64,000 nucleotides of DNA from Cyclobacteriaceae bacterium (GTDB taxonomy: Bacteria > Bacteroidota > Bacteroidia > Cytophagales > Cyclobacteriaceae): NCBI GenBank assembly GCA_021604845.1, contig BQJT01000002.1, forward strand, positions 2,495 through 66,494, in the 5' to 3' direction. The stretch's first letter is position 1; every line of letters starts with the position of its first letter. Below the pieces are notes generated by a model, which was not told the origin of the DNA, did not search any database, and worked only from the letters and a program-made list of their open reading frames with translations. Position numbers and translations under genes: made by a program. Positions 17,227 through 26,657 of the stretch are shown here, piece after piece.

Positions 17227-20200
17227 ATGAAAAATAAAGTACTAAGAAAAATCTTGGTTATGACAAGGTTCGGCTTTTATGGTTTCTTAATACAATGTGT
17301 TTCTACTAGTTTTCTAATAGCAGATAATGGGTTAGCTCAGCAAAAAAGTATTTATGAGGTTTACCTTTCTTTAGAAATACAGGAAGAAAGATTAGTCGAT
17401 ACTTTTGATCTAATAGAAGACAATACGGGCTTTAAATTTGCCTATAACGATTACTTTGTTGAAGAGAACCACATTGTAAGTCTGAAAGCGACTTCTGCTT
17501 CCTTAGGAACTATACTTTCGGAAATTTCAAAACAAACAAATTTAAAGTTTAGAAGGATTAACGAGAATATACATGTTAATAAACGTAAAATATTTGAACC
17601 TAAAGTAACTGAGGAAATTAAGCAAATCCAGCCCATTCCGGTAAGTGGACAAGTAATTTCTTCAGATGACAGTATGCCGCTTCCTGGAGTAAATGTCATT
17701 ATAAAGGGGACAACCAATGGTACAGTAACTGATTTAGATGGACGTTACCAAGTCGAAGTGCCTGGTAATGAAACGGTACTGGTATTTAGTTATGTAGGGT
17801 TTGTTAAGCAAGAGGTTGTGGTTGGCAACCAGGTAGAAATTAATGTATCGCTAAGCCCGGATTTAACAACATTAGGCGAGTTGGTAGTTATTGGCTATGG
17901 CTCAGCAAAGAAAACGGACTTAACAGGTGCCGTAAGTACACTTCCCGGTGGGACTATTTCAAAAAGGCAGACAATCAAGGCATCGGAGGCCTTACAAGGA
18001 GCAATTCCCGGTGTAACCGTAAATAGAACAGATGGTCGGCCAGGAGTTGATCCACAAATAAGGATAAGAGGGGTAACAACCATTGGTAACAGTAATCCAT
18101 ACGTACTGATTGATGGAGTGCCAGGAAACCTGAATAGCGTCAATCCTTATGACATTGAAAATATTAGTGTTTTAAAAGATGGCGCTTCTGCTGCAATTTA
18201 TGGTGCTAAAGCAGCTGCAGGTGTTATATTAATAACCACTAAGCGGGGTAAATCCGGCCAACTTGACCTTAGTTATACATTCGAGTACGGAGTACGAAAA
18301 CCAACCAGAACTCCAAACTATGTTGGTGCTGTGGATTACATGACCTTTATAAACGAAAGAGATTGGAATGACAGTGGAAATATTGGTTCTGAGCACCCAA
18401 CCTTTGAGGAAAGTCTAATAGAAGATTACCCTAATTTACATGCTGGGAATTCAGATTTATATCCAGATACTGACTATTCAACTTTCTTTAATGATTATGC
18501 CCCCACGCAGAGACATTCCTTAAGTATAAATGCAGGCACTGATAAGCTTAGTTCATTACTGTCTATGTCATACAGTTTGAGTGATGGTTTTATGGACACA
18601 CAGGAATATGAAACACTAACCCTAAGAAGTAATAACGATATAACATTTAGTGAAATAGTGTCTGCCCATTTTGATATTAGCTATCAAAATTTTAGGGATA
18701 ATAGAGAGAATGGGTACGGGATGGTAAATCTTTTAAGAAGGCCTCCCATTGGGTTGCCTTTCTGGAGTGATGGGAGAGCCGCTTTAACACCATACTATGG
18801 AGCAGATATGGCAAGGTCAATCAACGGGGGAGTTAATAAATTATGGAACGACGAAATTCGAGGGAGGCTGTCTATTGATGTGAAACCTGCAAAGGGATTA
18901 ACTCTTACGGGACTGGTTTCTCCGTATTTCAGTTTTTATAGAGGGAAAGCACATCTAAAGAAAGTACCGCTTTATCGCTTGGAAGAGCCAGACATTGCTG
19001 GCTATGCACCGTCTGCCGCCACTACCAAGCTGGTAGAAACCAGGAATAACAGCAATTCGGTTATTGCACAGTTCTTCGCGAATTATTCAATTACTCTTTC
19101 CAATGATCATAACATTGACGCTATGGCTGGATACGAGTATAACTATTTATACAGTGAAAATCTTTCAGCCTCTCGTGACCAGTATAGTTTGGATGATTAT
19201 CCATATTTGGATTTGGGGCCACTTGATCTTAGAGACAATAGCGGTAATGCAACAGAACTTGCATCAAGTTCTTTTTTTGGAAGGGTTATGTACAATTATA
19301 AAAGCAAATACCTGATGCAAGTAAATGTTAGATATGACGGGTCGTCTCGTTTCCATTCCGACTATCGATGGGGATTGTTTCCATCAGTGTCAGCAGGTTG
19401 GGTTCTATCTGAGGAATCATTTATGGAAAATGTAGGGCCAGTATCTTTACTTAAACTTCGTGGTTCTTATGGTTCATTGGGGAACGACAGGATCGGAAGT
19501 AATTATCCCTATCAATCTAAAATTGCATTTAGTAACGCTTTATTGTTCTCAGGCCAAACCCCCGCTTCTTTTCAAACTGCTTATGTTCCGCAATACGCGA
19601 TTAGTGACATTTCGTGGGAGACAACTAATTCCTGGGATATTGGGTTAGATGTTAATTTTTTTGACAATAGGCTTCAATTAACTGCAGATTATTTTGATAA
19701 AACGACAAGTGATATGCTACTGGACCTTGAGATTCCAAGCTACATTGGCTTGAGTAATCCAAGTCAGAATGCAGGAGAAATGGAAACAAAGGGATGGGAA
19801 TTTGGAATTCAGTATGGGAACAATATTGGAGATCTATATTACACCATATCCGGAAATATGTTCGATTCGAAGTCGACTATGGGAGACTTGGAGGGGACAG
19901 AGTTTCTTGGAAGCCAGGTTATTAAGGAAGGAAGCGAGTTTAATGAGTGGTACGGTTACAGGACAGATGGGTTATTTCAAACACAGACCGAAGTGGATAA
20001 TTCGGTCACTCTTAGGGAAACTACCAAACCTGGAGATATTAAGTATTTGGATTTGAGTGGGCCCGAAGGATCTCCAGACGGAATTATAAATCAATATGAT
20101 CTCACCTTGCTTGGGGGTTCACTACCTCGATTACAATATGGCGGTAGTATCAATCTTGAGTACAAGGGACTAGATTTATCCATAATTTTCCAAGGAGTTG

Positions 20201-20604
20201 GTAAAAGGAATAGTTATAAGGATTTACAAATGGTTATACCAGATCATTTTGGCGTGGCTGATTTCGTTTATGGGAATACCTGGAGTCATTATAATGATGC
20301 TGAGACCAACAGAAATGCACCCTATCCAATAGGTGGAGAGTTAGGCCGAAGCCACAATTATGAAACATCGGATTATTGGTTGTTTAATGGAAGCTATTTC
20401 AGGCTCAAGAATGTGATTTTGGGTTACAATCTTCCCGATCAAATAATTCAAAAAGTTGGAATGAAAAATTTACGAGTTTCTGTCAATCTTTCTGATCTAT
20501 TTTCAATAGATAATTATCCTTCCGGTTATGATCCTGAACAAGGACCTGGCAGGGGGTATTTTATTACAAAAGCTTATATTTTAAGCTTATCCGCTCAATT
20601 TTAA
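17227..20604 (+). CDS. SusC-type TonB-dependent transducer with an N-terminal signalling extension
   Basis: 1125 aa. The STN-like extension is LKATSASLGTILSEISKQTNLKFRRINENIHV. It also has GQVISSDDSMPLPGVNVIIKGTTNGTVTDLDGRYQV, the plug ISVLKDGASAAIYGAKAAAGVILITTKRG and the barrel end ILSLSAQF. Confidence 0.92.
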   Translation: MKNKVLRKILVMTRFGFYGFLIQCVSTSFLIADNGLAQQKSIYEVYLSLEIQEERLVDTFDLIEDNTGFKFAYNDYFVEENHIVSLKATSASLGTILSEISKQTNLKFRRINENIHVNKRKIFEPKVTEEIKQIQPIPVSGQVISSDDSMPLPGVNVIIKGTTNGTVTDLDGRYQVEVPGNETVLVFSYVGFVKQEVVVGNQVEINVSLSPDLTTLGELVVIGYGSAKKTDLTGAVSTLPGGTISKRQTIKASEALQGAIPGVTVNRTDGRPGVDPQIRIRGVTTIGNSNPYVLIDGVPGNLNSVNPYDIENISVLKDGASAAIYGAKAAAGVILITTKRGKSGQLDLSYTFEYGVRKPTRTPNYVGAVDYMTFINERDWNDSGNIGSEHPTFEESLIEDYPNLHAGNSDLYPDTDYSTFFNDYAPTQRHSLSINAGTDKLSSLLSMSYSLSDGFMDTQEYETLTLRSNNDITFSEIVSAHFDISYQNFRDNRENGYGMVNLLRRPPIGLPFWSDGRAALTPYYGADMARSINGGVNKLWNDEIRGRLSIDVKPAKGLTLTGLVSPYFSFYRGKAHLKKVPLYRLEEPDIAGYAPSAATTKLVETRNNSNSVIAQFFANYSITLSNDHNIDAMAGYEYNYLYSENLSASRDQYSLDDYPYLDLGPLDLRDNSGNATELASSSFFGRVMYNYKSKYLMQVNVRYDGSSRFHSDYRWGLFPSVSAGWVLSEESFMENVGPVSLLKLRGSYGSLGNDRIGSNYPYQSKIAFSNALLFSGQTPASFQTAYVPQYAISDISWETTNSWDIGLDVNFFDNRLQLTADYFDKTTSDMLLDLEIPSYIGLSNPSQNAGEMETKGWEFGIQYGNNIGDLYYTISGNMFDSKSTMGDLEGTEFLGSQVIKEGSEFNEWYGYRTDGLFQTQTEVDNSVTLRETTKPGDIKYLDLSGPEGSPDGIINQYDLTLLGGSLPRLQYGGSINLEYKGLDLSIIFQGVGKRNSYKDLQMVIPDHFGVADFVYGNTWSHYNDAETNRNAPYPIGGELGRSHNYETSDYWLFNGSYFRLKNVILGYNLPDQIIQKVGMKNLRVSVNLSDLFSIDNYPSGYDPEQGPGRGYFITKAYILSLSAQF

Positions 20605-20615
20605 AGCCGAAGAAG

Positions 20616-22322
20616 ATGAAAAACAATATATTATATATCCTATTAATAGGAGCTTTGACTTTTTCATGTGAATCCTTAGATCTGGATCCACTGTCAGAAG
20701 CTTCCGGTGATAATTGGTTAACTAGTGATCAAGAGGTTAGAATGTCTTTGGATTACCTGTATGATATAAAATTCTGGGATCCTAATCCTACATTAACAAG
20801 CGTAATAAATCCCAGATGGCTGGACTCTTGGTCAGATGACCTAACTAGTAGAAATAATCTTAATACCATGACTAATGGTAGCCTTGATGGCAATTCGCGA
20901 TATGTTGTCGAATCCTGGAGTCTCTACTATCAGGCAATTGCTTCTGCAAACCTGATAATAGAGGGGTTAGAGGAAACCAATGCTGAGTTTGATGAGGTCC
21001 AATTAAAACAATACATAGGTGAAGCAAGGTTTGTAAGGGCAGCTCAGTATTCAAAACTAATATTCCACTGGGGAGATGTACCTTATCTTGAAAAGAATGT
21101 GGATATCGATGAAGCTTTTGCTATGGGAAGGACGGATAAGTTTGAGATACTGCAATCTATTTTTGATGATTTCGACTATGCAGCAACAAACTTGCCCACT
21201 TCCTATTCTAACGTGAATTATATAACCAAAGGAGCCGCACTGGCCATGAAAGCCCGTATTGCATTATATATGGGGGAATACGCCGTTGCAAGGGATGCTG
21301 CCAAGGCATGCATGGATCTACAGGTTTATGAATTATATCCTGATTTTGGTGAATTGTTCTTATCTAGTACAAAGAATTCCATTGAAACAATTTTCGCTAT
21401 TCCCAGGTCTACATCGTTAAATCTAAATGTTTCGTTTTGGGGAACTACTTATGAACCCTTGTCCAGAATTAGAGGCGCTGCCTATGTCCAACCCTCGTGG
21501 GAGCTTTTTAGTGCTTTTCTTTGTAAAGATGGTTTACCAATTGATGAATCACCATTGTACGACCCCCAAAACCCATTTGAAAACCGCGATCCCAGGTGTA
21601 ATGAAACCATTGTTGAGCATGGTACACAGTTTGGGTATTGGAAATACGAGCCACATCCTGATACCATGCGGGTTGTTGACGTAAGGACCGGTCAATTGGT
21701 TGACAATACCAATAACAGGGCAGTCATTCAGTGGGGATCATTCAATGGATTGGCATGGAGAAAAGGAATTGACCTAGATTGGTATGATGATAACCTAACC
21801 GATCCAGATCATAGGATCATTCGCTATGCTGATGTAGTGCTAATTTATGCAGAAGCTATGATTGAACTGAATACTATTGATCAGTCTGTGCTTGATGCAA
21901 TGAATTCAGTACGTGCCAGGGCATATGCAAATGACATTTATCCGGACATCACGGTAACTGATCAAGAAGAATTACGGAAGATTTTGAGAATAGAGCGACG
22001 GATGGAATTTGCCTTTGAAGCTCTGAGATACCCTGATATTATACGATGGAATTTAGCAGAGAAAGTATTGAATGCCACGGACTATGGATTACTTGACCCA
22101 GATGAATTAAGAGAGAAAGTGGTTCAGCAAGGTCTTTGGTTTATGCCTGGTGTACCAGAGGTCGATGAAGATTGGGTAGCCGACTTCAGCCCAATGTTTG
22201 ATCAGGGTTTAATTAAATTATTGTCTGTAAGATCATTTGATGCTTCAAAACATTATTTGTGGCCCATTCCAACCAAGGAATTATTAATTAATGCGAATAT
22301 GACGCAGAATCCAGGCTATTAG
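20616..22322 (+). CDS. SusD/RagB-family nutrient-binding outer-membrane lipoprotein
   Basis: 568 aa with lipoprotein signal MKNNILYILLIGALTFSC. It lies 11 nt after the SusC gene. The C-terminal YLWPIPTKELLINANMTQNPGY is typical. Confidence 0.9.
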   Translation: MKNNILYILLIGALTFSCESLDLDPLSEASGDNWLTSDQEVRMSLDYLYDIKFWDPNPTLTSVINPRWLDSWSDDLTSRNNLNTMTNGSLDGNSRYVVESWSLYYQAIASANLIIEGLEETNAEFDEVQLKQYIGEARFVRAAQYSKLIFHWGDVPYLEKNVDIDEAFAMGRTDKFEILQSIFDDFDYAATNLPTSYSNVNYITKGAALAMKARIALYMGEYAVARDAAKACMDLQVYELYPDFGELFLSSTKNSIETIFAIPRSTSLNLNVSFWGTTYEPLSRIRGAAYVQPSWELFSAFLCKDGLPIDESPLYDPQNPFENRDPRCNETIVEHGTQFGYWKYEPHPDTMRVVDVRTGQLVDNTNNRAVIQWGSFNGLAWRKGIDLDWYDDNLTDPDHRIIRYADVVLIYAEAMIELNTIDQSVLDAMNSVRARAYANDIYPDITVTDQEELRKILRIERRMEFAFEALRYPDIIRWNLAEKVLNATDYGLLDPDELREKVVQQGLWFMPGVPEVDEDWVADFSPMFDQGLIKLLSVRSFDASKHYLWPIPTKELLINANMTQNPGY

Positions 22323-22350
22323 ATTCTGATCTTATTCGTAATGATTCCAG

Positions 22351-22399
22351 CTGGTATTGAGTACTTGTAAGGTAAACGGTTTCAGGTACCCAATACCAG
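22351..22399 (+). terminator. Long stem-loop directly after SusD (terminator, attenuator or processing site)
   Basis: CTGGTATTGAGTAC (22351-22364) pairs with GTACCCAATACCAG (22386-22399), 13 of 14 bp, with a 21-nt loop. No clear U-tract follows. Confidence 0.4.
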
Positions 22400-22451
22400 T
22401 TATAAATGTACACGGATCTACTCCGTTTAGTCTTTCAATAAAAATCTTAAA

Positions 22452-25139
22452 ATGATAAAGAGAAAAACCAATAAGATTGGGATCAGAATTCTTGTTCCCA
22501 TAATAATCCTGGGAATCGGTGCTAGTGTGTTTTTTATATATAAATCCGATGGAGATAATATCTATTTCTCATGTGCTGCTGACAATGACCTTTACAGGGT
22601 AATGACTTCCACCGGTAAGGAATATCAACGGTTTTCGGATCCCAATCAGGCAATTGAAGCAGCTCCTATAGGATCAGGAGTCTTAATTCTAGCGGATAAC
22701 TATCCAGAGCCTACAGACATCACACCTGAGGCATATGAGAAAGCGGAATCGAAAGACCTAAAACTTTTTGTTGAATATCCGAGTTTTGTACCTGGCCTAA
22801 AAATTGGTTCACCGAAGGATGGAGAGGTCTGGGAACGGGCAGTAGTTGCAACGAATAGTTTCGAACCTGAACTATCGGAATTTCGAATATTACAGTTAAG
22901 TGACTATAAGGTTTTGCCAATTGAGTCTGATGGTATATCATTAAAGCCAGCTGATTTGGTTCTTGCCCGCATCGCCGGATATAACAAGGCTGTTTATGGA
23001 CTTCCAGATACCACAAGACAACTATTGGTAGAGGTTAAAGAGAGAAACATTCTGTTAGCTACTACAAAATTAAGCCAGTTTGTTACTGCACGTTATGGTC
23101 CCAGCTCGGCGTGGGAGCCGATTTGGAACAACGTATTAGCCTGGCTGAGTAGATCTTCAAATGTGACATTGCCTAAATGGACACCTACAGTTCGCACTTC
23201 GTTTACGAAAGATGAGGAATTACCCGAAAACGCTGAAATCCATGCGCTCCAACGCGGGTTGAAATGGTATAAAGGTTTCTTATTAGATGAGCCATGGCTG
23301 GTAAAATCAAATAAGTTGGGATGGGAACGAATCGGGGGAAGCCCAGTCATCCCTGCCAGAAAACCCGATGAACCTTATGGGGATGGCAGTTTTGGGGTTC
23401 TTGAAGGGCATATTTCCTATATTATGTCAGATGGTAGCCAACCTAGAAGGAACTTGCCAAGAGCAGATTGTAACGCTGAAACGGCTATGTCATATGCTCT
23501 TGGTTCTTTGACGGAGAATAACCAGGAATATTCTAAAATTTCGCTAAACATAATGGATTATCTTTTCAAAACATCAGGTATGTTTCAGGGACCTCCAACA
23601 AAACCATCGGATGGGTGGTTTGGCTTTTTTGGCTGGTATGAAGGTGGTAGTGATTACGGTAACGGTATTGATTTATATTGGGGGAATGATAACTCCAAAG
23701 CTTTGATTGGCACCATGGTCACGGCTGCCGCTTTGAAAACAGATCAATGGGACGAAAATCTACTTGCAGGAATATTAACCAATTTCCGAACCTCAGGTCC
23801 GGAAGGATTTCGCAATGGTATAGCGTTAAGAAAACATCAATTACAGGAGAAGGGTTGGGAGTACTATGCGAAGAATCGGATGATATTACCATGGCCTCAG
23901 CGTGAAGCATGGGCATGGGCCAATTATTTGTGGTTATACGATAAAACCAATTATAAACCATTGCTTGAGCATGCACGAAGTGCGATACGATTAACCATGG
24001 AAAAGTATCCTGATAACTGGTTGGTTGCCTTACACCAATTGCAAATGGAACGGGGAAGAATGCTACTTCCATTGGCATGGCTGGTTCGAGTAGATGATAC
24101 TCCGGAACATCGCCGGTGGCTTTACCAGGTAATAGATGACATGATAGAGCGAATGGATGAATCAGGGGCAATTCAGGAAGAAATGATTGCTACTAGTTTA
24201 ACTTCCAATGAAGATTATGGAGGGAGTGAGGCATCCATAGTACACCTTGATGGTGATCCCTGTGTGGATGTTTTCTATGCAATGGCTCCTGCGTTCCTTG
24301 GTATGCACGAAGCGGTCGTTGCTACAGACGACCAGCGTTTAAAGGAACTTACTAACAAAATGGCGGAATTTTTAGTGCGAATCCAATTGCGTAGTGAGAA
24401 ACACGAGGATATTGATGGTGGTTGGTTTCGTGCTTTTGATTATATAAACTGGGACTATTGGGGTGCAAATGGTGATACGGGGTGGGGGGCCTGGTGTTCC
24501 GAGACAGGATGGCTGCAATCCCATGTTGTAGCTACTTTGGCAGCCAGAAAATTAAAGACCTCACTCTGGGATCTAACCAGTGAAAGTGATATCGCCAGGA
24601 ATTTCGATCGATATCGCCGGGAAATGCAAATTGACAAAGCTGTGGATATCTGGAAAAACTCACCGCCTCTTGATATTGCACATATCGGCATGAGTGTAGT
24701 TCCAGAACTTAGCCAACAACCCAGCCGCCGACATCCAGGTAATGGTGCAGAAGGTTTAGTAGATGGACTTTTCGGTCCTGCCAACCATAGTAATGACCGA
24801 TGGTATGGCTTTCCGAATTCCACTATGGAGGCTGTAGTGGATATAAGGACAAACTCTATAGCGCACTACATCGGCGCCCGGTTCCTGCATGATGAACAAA
24901 ATGGAATTTATTTCCCTAAACAATTAGAAGCGCTTGCTTTTCAGGAGGAGGAATGGAAGGTAGTGGGGAAAATTGATATTGAAGAACCTGAAAATAAGCA
25001 GTCCCCCGTAGCGAAAGAGTTCGGGATCAAATTAGACGATATTATGACACCGGAGCTAAAACTTCGAATCGTAAATCGACCGGCGGCAAAAGATCCGGGC
25101 CCTACCTATATGTTTATGGATGAACTGATCACTCATTAG
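22452..25139 (+). CDS. Large membrane-anchored or secreted protein of unknown function; C-terminal discoidin/CBM-like region
   Basis: 895 aa with an N-terminal TM segment IGIRILVPIIILGIGASVFFIY. I recognise no catalytic family. The C-terminal GAEGLVDGLFGPANHSNDRWYGF resembles the start of an F5/8-type-C (discoidin) module. Its position in the locus suggests a glycan-active enzyme. Confidence 0.55.
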   Translation: MIKRKTNKIGIRILVPIIILGIGASVFFIYKSDGDNIYFSCAADNDLYRVMTSTGKEYQRFSDPNQAIEAAPIGSGVLILADNYPEPTDITPEAYEKAESKDLKLFVEYPSFVPGLKIGSPKDGEVWERAVVATNSFEPELSEFRILQLSDYKVLPIESDGISLKPADLVLARIAGYNKAVYGLPDTTRQLLVEVKERNILLATTKLSQFVTARYGPSSAWEPIWNNVLAWLSRSSNVTLPKWTPTVRTSFTKDEELPENAEIHALQRGLKWYKGFLLDEPWLVKSNKLGWERIGGSPVIPARKPDEPYGDGSFGVLEGHISYIMSDGSQPRRNLPRADCNAETAMSYALGSLTENNQEYSKISLNIMDYLFKTSGMFQGPPTKPSDGWFGFFGWYEGGSDYGNGIDLYWGNDNSKALIGTMVTAAALKTDQWDENLLAGILTNFRTSGPEGFRNGIALRKHQLQEKGWEYYAKNRMILPWPQREAWAWANYLWLYDKTNYKPLLEHARSAIRLTMEKYPDNWLVALHQLQMERGRMLLPLAWLVRVDDTPEHRRWLYQVIDDMIERMDESGAIQEEMIATSLTSNEDYGGSEASIVHLDGDPCVDVFYAMAPAFLGMHEAVVATDDQRLKELTNKMAEFLVRIQLRSEKHEDIDGGWFRAFDYINWDYWGANGDTGWGAWCSETGWLQSHVVATLAARKLKTSLWDLTSESDIARNFDRYRREMQIDKAVDIWKNSPPLDIAHIGMSVVPELSQQPSRRHPGNGAEGLVDGLFGPANHSNDRWYGFPNSTMEAVVDIRTNSIAHYIGARFLHDEQNGIYFPKQLEALAFQEEEWKVVGKIDIEEPENKQSPVAKEFGIKLDDIMTPELKLRIVNRPAAKDPGPTYMFMDELITH

Positions 25140-25209
25140 CACTAAAGACTGGGACAATAATGATTATTGACAAACTATATTTCGTTTACTGTTCTAACAA
25201 CCTATCAGA

Positions 25210-26634
25210 ATGAAGAATACAAAAAGGAATCGAAGAAACTTTATAAAACTAAGTGGTTTAACAGGTGCCAGTTTAGTAGGTGCTGATTTAATATCATTGG
25301 CTAGTGGAAAGGATGCAAATCCTGAATCCGATAATATTGAGCAGTCTAAAAGGCATAATCAGAAAGTCAACATGTCAGGATATGCTGCTCCCAGAATTGA
25401 AACCGTTGGTATCGGGTTTATCGGGCTGGGAAGAGGGTTAACCCATGTGTCAACTACCAGTTTGCTAGAAGGAGTTGAAATCAAAGGATTATGTGACTTA
25501 CTTCCCGATAAGATTTCAAGGGCTAAAAAGAGACTGGAAGGTAGTGGGTTTAACCCTCAGATATATACTGGAAACGAGGACGCATGGAAAGAAATGTGTA
25601 ACAGGGATGATATTGACCTTATCTATATTGCTACTCCCTGGGACTTACATGCACCTATGGCGGTCTATGCTATGGAACATAATAAACATGTAGCCATTGA
25701 AGTTCCGGCGGCCCTTACTATCGATGAATGCTGGCAACTTGTGGAAACATCTGAAAAGACCAGAAAGCACTGTATGATGGTTGAAAACACCTGTTATTCA
25801 GAATTTGAGCTACTTACCCTAAACTTGGCGAGACAAGGTTTTTTTGGAGATATTGTACACTGCGAAGGAGCCTATATCCACCCCTTAATGGACCTTATAT
25901 TTAATAAGAACGTGTGGGATATGTGGAGATTGAAAGCATCCATTGGTGAGATTGGAAACCTTTACCCGACCCATGGTTTAGGACCAGTTTGTCAGGTTTT
26001 GGATATTAATCGTGGAGATAAAATGGATTTTATGGTTTCGGTATCTGGTAAAGATTTTCAGAAGAATCAAAGAGCCAAAGAGCTGGCTGAGAAGGATGAA
26101 GTTTACAGGCAATATGTAGACAAACCATACAATGGAAACATGAACACTTCAATAATCCGAACAGCAAAAGGACGAACCATCATGTTGCAATACGATATTA
26201 CTTCATCTAATGTGTATTCCAGAATTCATAGGATAAGTGGCACAAAAGCAGCAGCGCTAGGTTGGCCAAGACCAGCAAGGATTTCCGTTGGCCATAAATG
26301 GTTAACCACTGAAGAATTTGAATCTGTCAAAAAAAAATATGAACCTCCTATAATTAAAAAACTTGGGGAAATATCGAAAGAAGTTGGGGGTCATGATGGT
26401 GCAGATTTCCTAATGAATTGGCGTTTAATAGATTGCCTACGTAACGGTTTACCGCTCGATCAGGACTGCTATGATGCTGCATCTTGGAGCTCAATTGTAC
26501 CATTAAGTAAGCAGTCGGTGGCCAGCCGTTCCGGTTCGGTTGAAATACCGGATTTTACTAACGGAGCATGGAAAGAAAATCATCCAGTGGACCTCTCATT
26601 AGGTCAAGGTGGAACTACTATGCTAAGAAATTGA
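25210..26634 (+). CDS. Gfo/Idh/MocA-fold NAD-dependent enzyme with Tat signal, GH109-like (alpha-N-acetylgalactosaminidase family)
   Basis: 474 aa with Tat motif NRRNFIKLSGLTGASLVGA and Rossmann start VGIGFIGLGRG. The size and the Tat-plus-Gfo/Idh/MocA architecture match GH109 proteins. Confidence 0.75.
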   Translation: MKNTKRNRRNFIKLSGLTGASLVGADLISLASGKDANPESDNIEQSKRHNQKVNMSGYAAPRIETVGIGFIGLGRGLTHVSTTSLLEGVEIKGLCDLLPDKISRAKKRLEGSGFNPQIYTGNEDAWKEMCNRDDIDLIYIATPWDLHAPMAVYAMEHNKHVAIEVPAALTIDECWQLVETSEKTRKHCMMVENTCYSEFELLTLNLARQGFFGDIVHCEGAYIHPLMDLIFNKNVWDMWRLKASIGEIGNLYPTHGLGPVCQVLDINRGDKMDFMVSVSGKDFQKNQRAKELAEKDEVYRQYVDKPYNGNMNTSIIRTAKGRTIMLQYDITSSNVYSRIHRISGTKAAALGWPRPARISVGHKWLTTEEFESVKKKYEPPIIKKLGEISKEVGGHDGADFLMNWRLIDCLRNGLPLDQDCYDAASWSSIVPLSKQSVASRSGSVEIPDFTNGAWKENHPVDLSLGQGGTTMLRN

Positions 26635-26657
26635 TTGACGTCAGCTCAATTAATCGC

